From Desulfomicrobium sp. (GTDB taxonomy: Bacteria > Desulfobacterota > Desulfovibrionia > Desulfovibrionales > Desulfomicrobiaceae), in the NCBI GenBank assembly GCA_040768745.1, contig JAXGMI010000001.1:32001-96000 (forward strand): DNA of 64,000 bases, in the 5' to 3' direction. A program made the position numbers and the translations under genes. Positions 28,736-38,393 of this stretch are shown here, piece after piece (within the stretch, counting starts at the first letter, position 1; every line of letters starts with the position of its first letter). The notes under the pieces are model-generated. The model searched no databases, was not told where the DNA came from, and worked only from the letters and a program-made list of their open reading frames with translations.

Positions 28736-31126
28736 ATGCGTCCCCGCGCAGTCGACACCGCCGTCTTCCTCGCCTCCCTGGTGCTCGTCGCCCTGCAAGT
28801 GGCGCTCATGCAGGCCCTGGCCGAAGCCCAGGGGCACCACTTCGCGTATGTCGTCATCGCCCTGGCCCTGCTGGGTTTCGGCGGCAGCGGGACGGCCCTC
28901 GCACTCTTGCGGGACCGGGCTCTGACCCGGGCGGAACGGCTGCTGCCGGGCCTGATGCTTTGGGCGAGCATGGGTTGCATCGCTGCCCTGCCCCTGGCCA
29001 GGCTAGCGGCTGCGCGGGTCGATTTCCCGTTACTCTTCGTCGAATGGCGGGCCTGGGGGCCGCTCGTGCTCTCCGCTGGCCTGGCCTGCATCCCGTTCTT
29101 TTTCGGCGCCCTCTTTCTCGGCCTGGTCTTCATGCGCGACACCCGGGACATCGGCCGCCTCTACGCCGCAAACCTGCTGGGCTCGGCGGCGGGGGCGGCC
29201 GCAGGGCTGGGGGTCCTCTATTGGCTGCCGGCGGAGCGGACGTTCCCCCTCATGGGCGCGGTCCTGGCCTGCGCGGCGTTGACCTTGGCGCCCGACAGAG
29301 GCCGGGCCGCGGCCTGTCTCGCGGTCCTCGTCCTGGGGGCGGCCGGGTCGTGGCTCATGCCCGGCCTGCCCGTGTCGGCCTACAAGCCCGTCAGCCACGC
29401 CCTGCGCCTGCCGGGGGCGGAAACCCTCGTCGACGAGCGCCACCCCATGGGCCGGGTGCAGGTCGTGCAGTCCCCGGCCTTGCGCCATGCGCCGGGGCTG
29501 AGCCTGAACTTCGTGGGCGAGATCCCGGCGACCGGGCATGTATACGTGAACGGGGAGAGGCTGGGGGCATTCCTGCCGCCCCCGGCATCGGGCGGACATA
29601 TTCTCGACCATGGGGTGCAGGCCCTGCCGCTGGCCTTGGCCGCGCCGCGCCGCGCCCTGGTCCTGCACGCCTGGGCCGGCGCCTCGGCGGGCCTGCTCCT
29701 CTCCCGCCAGGGCGTGACCGTGACCGCGGTTGAACCGCATCCCGTCGTGGCTGATCTCCTGCGCACGGCGTATCCGAGCCCAGACGCCCTGCTGCACGTC
29801 ATATCGGAGGACTGCCGGGCCTTTCTCGGCCGCCCGCGCGAGCCGTACGACCTCATCCTGCTCCCGCCCCTGGGTGCGTTCGGTGGCGGGATCGGGCTGC
29901 AGGCCCAGCAGGAGAACTACCTGCTGACCCGCGAGGGGTTTTCGGCCCTGTGGAACGCCCTGCCCCAGGGAGACGGGGATGCCGGCATGCTTTCGTTCTG
30001 CGTGCATCTGGACCAGCCGCCCCGCCAGAGCCTGAGGCTTCTGGCTCTCGCGGCGGACGCCATGCGCCAGGCCGGGGTGCGCGACCCCTCGCCCCACGTC
30101 GCCGCGGTCCGCAGCTGGGAGATGCTGGCCGTGGCCGTCTCGACCCGGCCGTTCGACGAGGCCGCCGGCCGGCGGTTGGAGGAATTTGCCCGGTCCCTGG
30201 GTTTCGACCGCGTCTGGGTGCCCGGCCGGGGGCCAGCACGGGAGGACCGTTTCCATCTCATGCTGGACGACCTCCTGCCGCATGGCTTCGAGGCCATTCT
30301 GGCCGGGAACGGGGAACGGTTCGTGCGTGACTATCCCTTCGACATCGCACCGCCCGAGGATGACCACCCCTATTTTCACCAGTTCATCCGCTGGGGTCGG
30401 CTCGGGGACATGCGGCTGCTGCTCGGGCCGGACAGCCCGGTCTTCGTGGAGATGGGCGCCATCCTCGTCGCGCTGACGGCCGCCGCCCTGGCTGTGGCAG
30501 CCTTGGCTCTGATCGTGCTACCGCTATCACGGCTGTCCGGGAAAGACGCGTCGAAATCCGTGCCGCGGGCGGGCGCGCCTGCGGTTCTGACCTATTTCGG
30601 GGCCATCGGGCTGGGGTTCATGTTCCTGGAGATGGTCTGGATCCAGCGCTTCACCCTGTTCTGGGGGCAGCCGCTGTACAGCGCCGCCGGGGTCCTGACG
30701 GCCCTGCTGTGCGGCATGGGTGCCGGCAGCGCGCTCAGCGCCGGGGTGTCGTGCGGGCCGCGCGCCATCCGGTCGGCCCTGGCCTGGGCCCTCGCCCTGA
30801 TCGGCGTGCTTTCGGCTGGCCTGCCGCACCTGATGGCCGCCGGACTGGGGTGGCCGGAGCCGCTGAAATGGGCGGCGGGCCTGGGGGTGCTGTCCGCGTC
30901 CGCAGTGGTGTTCGGCCTGCCGTTTCCTCTGGCCCTGCGCGCGGTCGGCGCGAGCCGGCCGGAGCTGGTGCCGTGGGCCTGGGGTGTGAATGGCTGCCTT
31001 TCGGTCCTGGCCGCGCCGCTGGCCGTGCTCACGGCCATGCAGGGCGGCTTCGGCGCGGTGAACGCCGCAGCGGCCGCGGCCTACCTGCTGGCATTCTGTT
31101 CGGCATCCCTGATCCCGGATGCCTGA
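28736..31126 (+). CDS. Polytopic membrane protein with central spermidine-synthase-like SAM domain
   Basis: 796 aa with N- and C-terminal TM bundles, LYAANLLGS, VTAVEPHP, EDCRAFL, YDLILL, DDHPYF and WAWGVNG. Confidence 0.8.
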   Translation: MRPRAVDTAVFLASLVLVALQVALMQALAEAQGHHFAYVVIALALLGFGGSGTALALLRDRALTRAERLLPGLMLWASMGCIAALPLARLAAARVDFPLLFVEWRAWGPLVLSAGLACIPFFFGALFLGLVFMRDTRDIGRLYAANLLGSAAGAAAGLGVLYWLPAERTFPLMGAVLACAALTLAPDRGRAAACLAVLVLGAAGSWLMPGLPVSAYKPVSHALRLPGAETLVDERHPMGRVQVVQSPALRHAPGLSLNFVGEIPATGHVYVNGERLGAFLPPPASGGHILDHGVQALPLALAAPRRALVLHAWAGASAGLLLSRQGVTVTAVEPHPVVADLLRTAYPSPDALLHVISEDCRAFLGRPREPYDLILLPPLGAFGGGIGLQAQQENYLLTREGFSALWNALPQGDGDAGMLSFCVHLDQPPRQSLRLLALAADAMRQAGVRDPSPHVAAVRSWEMLAVAVSTRPFDEAAGRRLEEFARSLGFDRVWVPGRGPAREDRFHLMLDDLLPHGFEAILAGNGERFVRDYPFDIAPPEDDHPYFHQFIRWGRLGDMRLLLGPDSPVFVEMGAILVALTAAALAVAALALIVLPLSRLSGKDASKSVPRAGAPAVLTYFGAIGLGFMFLEMVWIQRFTLFWGQPLYSAAGVLTALLCGMGAGSALSAGVSCGPRAIRSALAWALALIGVLSAGLPHLMAAGLGWPEPLKWAAGLGVLSASAVVFGLPFPLALRAVGASRPELVPWAWGVNGCLSVLAAPLAVLTAMQGGFGAVNAAAAAAYLLAFCSASLIPDA

Positions 31127-31211
31127 TTGGCAAGCTGTCCGGATCGTGAAGGATGAAACCTGCGCGGTATTCTCGCCGTCCGAATCCGCAGCCCGTTGAC
31201 AATGCCTCGGT

Positions 31212-31673
31212 TCAGGCCGGCTTCATGGTCGTCGGCATGGGGACCGCCACCACCTCGCCCCGCGCCCTGATTTCGCCAAGGGCCGAAATCTCGACCTCCA
31301 CGACGGTCTTGCGGCCCCGCCGCTCCTTGACCCACGCCCGCAACTCCAGTTCAGGCCCCAAGGGCGTGGGCCGCAGGAAGTTCACGCTCAAGGACGCGGT
31401 GACGTAACGTGGACAGATCCGGGCATCCCCGGCATCCCCGGCATCCGCGGCCGCGGCCGTGGCCACCCCGTGACAGTCCACCAGGGAGGCTAGTAGCCCC
31501 CCGTAGACGAACCCCGGCAAGGCGATGTGCTCCGGCCGCGGGGTGAACCTACCCAACCCCTGCCGCCCATCCCAGTGGGTCTCGATATGCAGGCCGAGTG
31601 CGTTGTTCCTGCCGCACCCGTAGCAGTGGCTCAGTTCCTCACCGTAACGGTGCTGCACCGGAAGAGATGTCAT
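31212..31673 (-). CDS. PaaI-type hotdog-fold thioesterase
   Basis: CYGCG, VYGGLLASLVDCH and VTASLSVNFLRPTP. Confidence 0.87.
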   Translation of the reverse strand: MTSLPVQHRYGEELSHCYGCGRNNALGLHIETHWDGRQGLGRFTPRPEHIALPGFVYGGLLASLVDCHGVATAAAADAGDAGDARICPRYVTASLSVNFLRPTPLGPELELRAWVKERRGRKTVVEVEISALGEIRARGEVVAVPMPTTMKPA

Positions 31674-31764
31674 GATTTCCTCCTTGAACGGCGATGCGAC
31701 GATCTTTGCTCTGGTCCGGACGCCACGTCCCGCATCTCCGCAGGATCGTCCAGCCCGGATATCG

Positions 31765-31945
31765 ATTCAGCAGCCCCTTTTCTGCGAAACGGACATAACC
31801 ACCAATGCCCCGAGAATGAGGCAGCCACCAAAGATGTTCGCCGCCGAAAGGGATTTCCAGGAACAAAACGGAACACAGCACCGCGACAACGGGTTCCAGC
31901 GTCGACACCAGGAATACGTCAGGGCGTCCCCGGCATTGATCCGTT
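31765..31945 (-). pseudogene. C-terminal remnant of an EamA/DMT transporter
   Basis: LVSTLEPVVAVLCSVLFL in one frame continues after a frameshift as SLSAANIFGGCLILGALVVMS. Confidence 0.65.
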
Positions 31946-32193
31946 GCCGGCCATGCCGTCACATGATCCATGGTCTCCACGCGGCGCCTCTTCGGCTGCC
32001 CATCCCCGGCCACTGCCTCCCGATTCCAGCCTCCGGTCCTGCCCAGTCCTCCTGGCGCCGGATGCAATTGACCACAACAATTGACTTATTTCAGGATTCA
32101 GGATGATAATTGTAATATTAACACCGTAAACCAGACCATCTGCACCTGGACAGCACGAAGCGAGCCTCTGGGCTTCCCAATCCATGCGGAGGC

Positions 32194-32751
32194 ATGCGCA
32201 TGCACGAAGACGATCGGAACCGGCTTGAGACATCGCTGGCCATGCTCTCTGACAGGGAAGGCCTCGTCAGGCAGAAAGGGCGACGGATTTTGGAGGACAT
32301 GGGAGCCCTGGCCGTGCCCGAACTTTCCAGGGTGCTGGGGGACTCGCTGTCCAAAGACGCCCGGTGGGGCGCGGCCAAGGCCCTCGGCAACATCGGCGAC
32401 CCCGCTGCCATACCCGCGCTCTTGGACGCCCTGGAGGACCATGACGCGGATGTGGCCTGGCTGGCCGCCGTGGCCCTGAACAAGCTGGGCAAGGCGGCAT
32501 GGAAACCTGTCCTGCATCGTCTGGTGGAGCGCGGAGTGGATTCCGTCGCCGTGCGCGCCGGCGTGCACCACATTCTCACGGGCCAGAAATTCGGCAGCTA
32601 CGAGGAACTGTTCGCAACCCTGATGCAGTCCCTGGAAATGGGCGAACTCGACGAGGCCGGAAGCATGACCGCCACGGAAATCTTAACCAGGATGCTGAAC
32701 GGCCTCTGGCAGGAGTGCCGCGCCTTGAACACAAAAGAGGAGCAGGAATGA
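32194..32751 (+). CDS. HEAT/PBS-lyase repeat protein
   Basis: RWGAAKALGNIGDPAAIPALLDALED...VAWLAAVAL; GGAGG RBS. Confidence 0.82.
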   Translation: MRMHEDDRNRLETSLAMLSDREGLVRQKGRRILEDMGALAVPELSRVLGDSLSKDARWGAAKALGNIGDPAAIPALLDALEDHDADVAWLAAVALNKLGKAAWKPVLHRLVERGVDSVAVRAGVHHILTGQKFGSYEELFATLMQSLEMGELDEAGSMTATEILTRMLNGLWQECRALNTKEEQE

Positions 32752-32912
32752 GCCGGTGCGCAGGCAGTCCGCACAGAAGAAACGGCACTTCCCGGACCAG
32801 GATCCGGCCCGCTCTGGTCCCTGAAAGTGCCCCCTTGCCGGCCATGCGTTCCCCTGCGGGTGCGCCGCGATGCATCGGCCAGCAGCATCCTCACCTTTTC
32901 CAGGAGCATATC

Positions 32913-33407
32913 ATGCCTGAGATTCTGCACCGCCCGATCGGCGTCATCCGTTCCCCGTACACAGACCGGGCCAACATGCCCATCCAGCCCTGCGGAGCCC
33001 GCGACACGGCCGGACGGGTCTTCCTTGACGAGCCGCTGGCCCCGGGTTTGAAGGATCTGGAAGGCTTTTCGCACATCTACCTGCTCTACCACTTTCACAT
33101 GAGCCAGGGCTTCGACCTGACCGTGGTGCCCTTTATGGAACCCGTGGAGCGCGGGCTTTTTGCCACCCGGGCTCCCAGGCGGCCGAACCAGATCGGCTTG
33201 TCCGTGGTGCGCCTGCAGAAAATCGAAGGCCATGTGCTGCACATTTTGGGTGTGGATGTCCTGGACAACACGCCCCTGCTGGACATCAAACCCTACTTCA
33301 GATCCTTCGATTCCTTTCCGGAGGCCGTCAGCGGCTGGGCCGAGAGCCACCAGGAGCGCGCCGCAGAGGTGCGCTCGGATGCCCGCTTCGTCGATCCCAG
33401 GGGATGA
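32913..33407 (+). CDS. tsaA: tRNA m6t6A37 methyltransferase TrmO/TsaA-like protein
   Basis: PIGVIRSP, FSHIYLLY, GLFATRAPRRPNQIGLS and TPLLDIKPY. ATG 32913 has an AGGAG RBS. Confidence 0.88.
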   Translation: MPEILHRPIGVIRSPYTDRANMPIQPCGARDTAGRVFLDEPLAPGLKDLEGFSHIYLLYHFHMSQGFDLTVVPFMEPVERGLFATRAPRRPNQIGLSVVRLQKIEGHVLHILGVDVLDNTPLLDIKPYFRSFDSFPEAVSGWAESHQERAAEVRSDARFVDPRG

Positions 33408-33595
33408 GCGCCCGCTCAGGTCTGCTGATCCAGACCCGCCGCAACCCGGAGCGTGCTGACGGGGAGAGGGGGCACCCCCCCTCTCTTGACGACGCTCCCC
33501 TGCCGGCTTCCAGGCCGAGAGTCCGCGGCCCGCGGAAACGATATTGTCAGAATTCAGGATCCGGCACGCGCCTTTTTAAGGGTGTTTGCTGGCCC

Positions 33596-34255
33596 TCACG
33601 CCCCGGCCAGCCTGTCGATCTCCTCCTTCAGTTTTTGAAGCTCCACAGCGATCCCAGCCTTGCGCACCGCATTCTCCTCGGTGCGCAACCGGCCCTTGCA
33701 CTTCATGACCTCCCGCTGCAGGGCGCGGATCTGCTCCATCCGCTCCACGCGAGCCTGCAGGCTTTCTCCCTTCCGGGCGGGAAACGGCAGCAGGGGTTCC
33801 AGCAGCCGCTCGTACAGAATTTCCAGGTTGGACGCCTCGGGCCAGGCCGCCCGCTGCGCATCGCTCGGGACCCAGGGGCTCTCGAAATACGCGCTGGACA
33901 CCGGTGGGGAGCCATCCGCGCCGGCGGGGCGCTTGTAGGCCGCCACGACCTGGATCCTTCCCTCGAACCGCAGCTTGAAAAAGATGGGCACAGGAAACAT
34001 CTGGTCCAGACAGCTCAGCACGTCGGCTGAGAGCTTGCCGGTTTTCAAGGCCAGGTGGTAAACTTGAATCTCAGGCACTGCCGGCGTGGCTTCAAACCCG
34101 ATCGTTTCCGGGGCCAGCCTGTACTGCCAGACTACCTGCTCCACCTGACGGGCAAGATGGTCCTTGATGGCCTTATGGGGACCGATATGCGCGTTGATTC
34201 TGGTTTTGGTCAGAACCCGGCCAACAAAGGCGCCTTTGGGATAGTCGAACAGCAT
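33596..34255 (-). CDS. DUF4391-like protein
   Basis: YRLAPETI...VPEIQV, YKRP, LYERL and a C-terminal coiled coil resemble DUF4391. Confidence 0.72.
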   Translation of the reverse strand: MLFDYPKGAFVGRVLTKTRINAHIGPHKAIKDHLARQVEQVVWQYRLAPETIGFEATPAVPEIQVYHLALKTGKLSADVLSCLDQMFPVPIFFKLRFEGRIQVVAAYKRPAGADGSPPVSSAYFESPWVPSDAQRAAWPEASNLEILYERLLEPLLPFPARKGESLQARVERMEQIRALQREVMKCKGRLRTEENAVRKAGIAVELQKLKEEIDRLAGA

Positions 34256-34335
34256 CTGTCACCTTCTTCCCTGGTCTGGCTGGATTTCACGCCCGGCAAG
34301 GGCATGGACGAGGCCACGACCCGCCCTTGAGCACT

Positions 34336-34776
34336 TCAAGCTTTCTTGAGGTTCTCCGCCTCCACTTTGCGGGGAAAAAACGCCTCCCTGCCATCGTGCT
34401 CCCAGATGCATTGATGGATGCGCTCACCGTCGGACAGGAACATGACCGCCCCCAGAATGGGGGCTGGTGCCTCGGGATTCACCCCGTACACATAGATGAA
34501 GCGGTTGAAGCGGAACAGGGGCCTGACCAGGCCCATGCGCTCAGCGTGCAGGACCAGGTGCCCGCTTTCCGCCCGGTCGTCCTTGATCCACACCCGGCCG
34601 TCCTCGCCCAGTGAATATTCCCCGATGTAATTCTCTTCCTCGAATTCCTCGGTGGCCAGGCCGTGCATGAAGCGGGATTCGGCCCCATGTTTGAGTGTAT
34701 CCCGGCTGGACTCATTGGCCACGGCAATGGGGCTTCTTGGCTTCCCCGTGCCACCGTCTGCATGCTTGATGCTCAT
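34336..34776 (-). CDS. Hypothetical protein, paralog of the C-terminal domain of 57040-57855
   Basis: GGAGG RBS; 85/116 ungapped identities to the 271-aa protein by manual alignment. Confidence 0.8.
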   Translation of the reverse strand: MSIKHADGGTGKPRSPIAVANESSRDTLKHGAESRFMHGLATEEFEEENYIGEYSLGEDGRVWIKDDRAESGHLVLHAERMGLVRPLFRFNRFIYVYGVNPEAPAPILGAVMFLSDGERIHQCIWEHDGREAFFPRKVEAENLKKA

Positions 34777-35193
34777 CGACCACCTCCCGATCCGGATCCA
34801 GGTTTTGATTTCCCAATGCAGGCATGTCCAGGCTGAACGAAGTGCAGTTCATCTGTTTCTGGCGAATTGGTATGTGCTTTTGCGGTCCAGGGCAACACAA
34901 ATCCCCATTCGCCACGTCTCCTCATCCCGGGTGCAAGGCATGCATGGACAAGGACGGCCGCTGGCTGATGCCGCGGGGAGTTGACTGGTTCAGCAGGCCA
35001 GGCTGTGTGGAGTGCGGCGCTGGACCGTACGGAACAGAACCGTGAACGGATCGATGCGGACTGTCAGGGGCAGGCCAGGAAGAAGCACCAGCACGAAGGA
35101 AGCTGGGCCTCAAACACCGACGTTTTTTCAGGTCAGGCCTTGAGAAAGGCAGGGTGGTCCAGGGTCCTATACGTTGTCCGAGGACCCTTGATC

Positions 35194-35742
35194 CTATCCC
35201 CAGGTCCGAAATTGGCCCGTGTCGACGTGCACGAATTGCCCTCGGGGATAGAAACCCACGCCTCCTGACCGGGATTCAACCGCAGCGTCGCGCAGATCGC
35301 CCAGGGAGACCCCGGCCAGACGGATGTCCAAGGCCTTGCCTTCCATGTGCAGGCTGTGCTTGGCCACGCCACGATGGCCAGATGCGCGCAGTTTTGTATT
35401 GGTCACTGGGGAACGATAGGCAGAAATGATCTGAAATGTGCGATCTCCGCCAAAAGACCGCTTCAAGCGAAACAGCAGATCAAAAAGTTTCGGATCCATC
35501 CGGCAGACCTGTCCGGTATAGTGATCCCGCAAAAACATATTCAGGGTTTTCAAGCCCTCGGGCACGTATTTGTTGCCCATGGCATAGACCACACGCAGCA
35601 CTTTTCCCGTATGCATATGTTCAAAACTCAAACTGCGCGCCCCCACCTGCGCGGCCAGGGCTGGCTGGGCCAGGGGGATGGCCGCGCCGACCAAGGTCAA
35701 GGTGGCGATATTGCAAAGGAATTGACGGCGGGAATAATTCAT
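35194..35742 (-). CDS. ycbK: YcbK/MepK (DUF882, M15) peptidase with Tat signal
   Basis: SRRQFL, LRDH, ISAYRS, SLHMEGKALD and FVHVDTG; AGGAG RBS. Confidence 0.9.
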   Translation of the reverse strand: MNYSRRQFLCNIATLTLVGAAIPLAQPALAAQVGARSLSFEHMHTGKVLRVVYAMGNKYVPEGLKTLNMFLRDHYTGQVCRMDPKLFDLLFRLKRSFGGDRTFQIISAYRSPVTNTKLRASGHRGVAKHSLHMEGKALDIRLAGVSLGDLRDAAVESRSGGVGFYPRGQFVHVDTGQFRTWG

Positions 35743-35885
35743 TGGTGCTCCTTTCATGCTCTCTTGAAGATTCAAGCCGGGATTGACCACGCCGTGCCCG
35801 GCATACGCCAAGGGCGCTGTCAGCAGGATCACGCCACTCTGGGCACCCATGCAGTGTGATTATTGCACTGTCGGGCCAGGCGCAG

Positions 35886-37502
35886 CTATCCTAAGGGTCT
35901 CTCGTGAGTTGATCGGCGCAATTCCATGTCCAAAAGTCTGTCCTGTCCGTAGATATCAGGGAAGAAGTAAACGAGGCCGTTTTTTTTGACCATGACGGTG
36001 TTGTAAGCAATCACCACCCTCACCGGTTCCCGCAAGCGCAATGTCGTGGACACCCCGCTTGCCATGGCCTCGCGAATGCGTTCCTCCCCCCACTGCGGGT
36101 CGTTCTGCAGGACAAACTTGGCCAGCTTTACCGGCTCTTCGACACGAATGCAACCATGGCTCAAGTCCCTGCGATTCCTCTGAAAAAGTCGTGTCGACGG
36201 GGTATGGTGCAGATAGATGTTGTCCTTGTTGGGGAAGACAAACTTGATGTCCCCCAGGGAATTTCTGGGCCCTGGACGCTGCCGGATGCGCATCCGGCCT
36301 TGCCGCACGGCCTCCAGGGCGTCGTAGCTCAGGAAGCGCGATACCGTCCCGTCGCCGGCAACGAACTCGAACCCCTGCCGATCGAAATAGCCCGGATCGC
36401 GCAGGATGTTCGGGACAACCTCGGAACGCGCGATGGACAGAGGCACATTCCAGTACGGACTGAACTCGATAAAGCGCATGTCTTCATCAAAGAGCGGGGT
36501 GCGCATGTCCAGGGCCTTGCCGGTAATGACCCTCATCCTGGCCTTGACCTCGATCTGGCCGCCCCTGACCTCGTAGGCCTCCAAATAGTGTTCCGGAACA
36601 TTGACCACGATCATGCGCGGAGCATGCGCCAGTGGAGTCCAGCGCAGCCGTTCCATGGAAAGCTCGATCTGCCGCACACGGGCAGCTGGACGCACATTCA
36701 GCTCATTGAGCGTCCGTTGGCCGATGACGCCGTCCGGTGTTAGCCCGTGGCGAGACTGAAAGGATTTGACCCCGTCAACGACATGGCCGCTGTAGGTTGC
36801 GGGGACGCGGCCGCAGGCCGGCAGGTCTCCGAGGGCGATCAGGCGCTGGATCAGCATGGACAGGCCTGAATATGGCTGGTCTGGTTCAAGCTTGGTGCCG
36901 GGCAGCGGCGGAAGATCCATGCGCCAGAACGCGTTCAGCAGCGGATCTTCCGCCAGGTTCCTGTACTGGGCCAGGGTCTCCCGCAGTCTGGCATAAAGGG
37001 GAAGCGCGGGTGCTGCCGCGGCCACAGCCTCCAGCAGGCGATCCTCCTGAACGGCAGTCTGCAGGACAGATGCTGGATCGAACCCGTTGGGAAAAGGAGG
37101 AGTGAAATTTTCCTGAATCTGGCGAGGGTCAACCTGACCGAAATGCAGATCAGAGAGATAACGCCGCATGGCTGTTGTGAGATCCTGATCCAGCATGGCC
37201 TGCGCTTCGGGAGCCAGTCCTGGTTTTTGCACTACGGTGGCCAGAGCATGACGGATGTACGAGACGTTGTACGTTTCAGGATCCAGTCCCTCTTCCGCAG
37301 CCGCCGCCAGGATGGCAACAGCCTGCCAAGCCTGAGGGTTGGGGTGGTCCATCTCAAACCACAACAGACCGTTGTCGGCCAGGGCGGCGCTGCACAGCGC
37401 AAGCCCCATGGCCACCACGCAGGCCAGTCCGCTCAGTACGCGCAGGCAATGCTGCCTGTCCGCCGCAGCCCGCGGCAACTGGAAATCGTCACAAGGGTTC
37501 AA
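35886..37502 (-). CDS. ycbB: L,D-transpeptidase YcbB/LdtD-like
   Basis: PG-binding FQSRHGLTPDG, ERLRW, RQRPGPRNSLG, IYLHHTP and SHGCIRV. Confidence 0.9.
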   Translation of the reverse strand: MNPCDDFQLPRAAADRQHCLRVLSGLACVVAMGLALCSAALADNGLLWFEMDHPNPQAWQAVAILAAAAEEGLDPETYNVSYIRHALATVVQKPGLAPEAQAMLDQDLTTAMRRYLSDLHFGQVDPRQIQENFTPPFPNGFDPASVLQTAVQEDRLLEAVAAAAPALPLYARLRETLAQYRNLAEDPLLNAFWRMDLPPLPGTKLEPDQPYSGLSMLIQRLIALGDLPACGRVPATYSGHVVDGVKSFQSRHGLTPDGVIGQRTLNELNVRPAARVRQIELSMERLRWTPLAHAPRMIVVNVPEHYLEAYEVRGGQIEVKARMRVITGKALDMRTPLFDEDMRFIEFSPYWNVPLSIARSEVVPNILRDPGYFDRQGFEFVAGDGTVSRFLSYDALEAVRQGRMRIRQRPGPRNSLGDIKFVFPNKDNIYLHHTPSTRLFQRNRRDLSHGCIRVEEPVKLAKFVLQNDPQWGEERIREAMASGVSTTLRLREPVRVVIAYNTVMVKKNGLVYFFPDIYGQDRLLDMELRRSTHERPLG

Positions 37503-37709
37503 TGAAGATCTCTCCTCCTGATACGTCGGTCCAAAACAAAATCAACGGACAGGCTGTCCGCCCGGCGGACTGCAATGAGGCCCCCGCACGATACCCTGTT
37601 CCATCGGCATCGATTTTCTGGGAATTGCAGCGGCCATCACCCTTCAGGAATCCGTCCTTTGGGTCTGTGGGAGACCGCTGCATCAGGAAGTGTCTCACTG
37701 CAAAATATC

Positions 37710-37780
37710 GTCATCCCCTTGGAGAAGGGGATCCATGCCTTTAGAACCATCTGAAAAGAATGGATTCCCGCCTTCGCGGG
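37710..37780. repeat. REP/dRS3-like palindrome doublet
   Basis: GTCATCCCC-N8-GGGGATCCA, then 25 nt later the inverted copy TGGATTCCC-N8-GGG. Confidence 0.6.
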
Positions 37781-38393
37781 CTTGTGCCTGTCGAGGTGAA
37801 TGACACTCAGCCTCATTTGCGACTTTTTGCAGTAACGTCAGGAAGACATCCTGTTGCCGGCAGGGACAGCATTCAAAAATTATTTTATGTTGTTTTTGGG
37901 CCAAGTGCAACCTACGAAAAAGATGCCAACTGACATGAACAGTGCAGGATGCGAACAGAAACATGATGTGGGATTCCGTGCGCAGGTCACCATTCAGGGA
38001 TTCATGTTCTGCAACTCTTACCTGTGCCAGTGATTCCAGGGAAAGAATGCGTCAGGAATCACAAATTGTGCTGAGATGGACAAAAAACCGGGATCGCAGT
38101 GATGGAAAGAGTCCGGTTCATCCAAAAAAGAGCCAATAAGAGGCAGAGAATTTTCCGTATCGAATCCACCTTTTTCATCCCATAATCCGACACCAGTGAA
38201 GACCCTCTTCCCTCCCTTGAATTTCTCTTGAAGTTATATTGAAAAAGAATTTTTTTTAGCATATAGATAATGCATTGTTGCGTTGGGTTACTCTATCGAC
38301 ACGCAGAGGAAACCGGACTGAAAACACTAACATCTTCGAATCATGCAACTTATTTCATGATCGTCTCTTCATCTCCCCTTGACCGATGCAGGG

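Noticed and set aside
33448..33500. Long imperfect hairpin GGAGCGT..GAGAGGGGG/CCCCCTCTC..ACGCTCC
   Set aside because: It lies between convergent genes and has no second copy in the window, so it is most simply a terminator-like stem.
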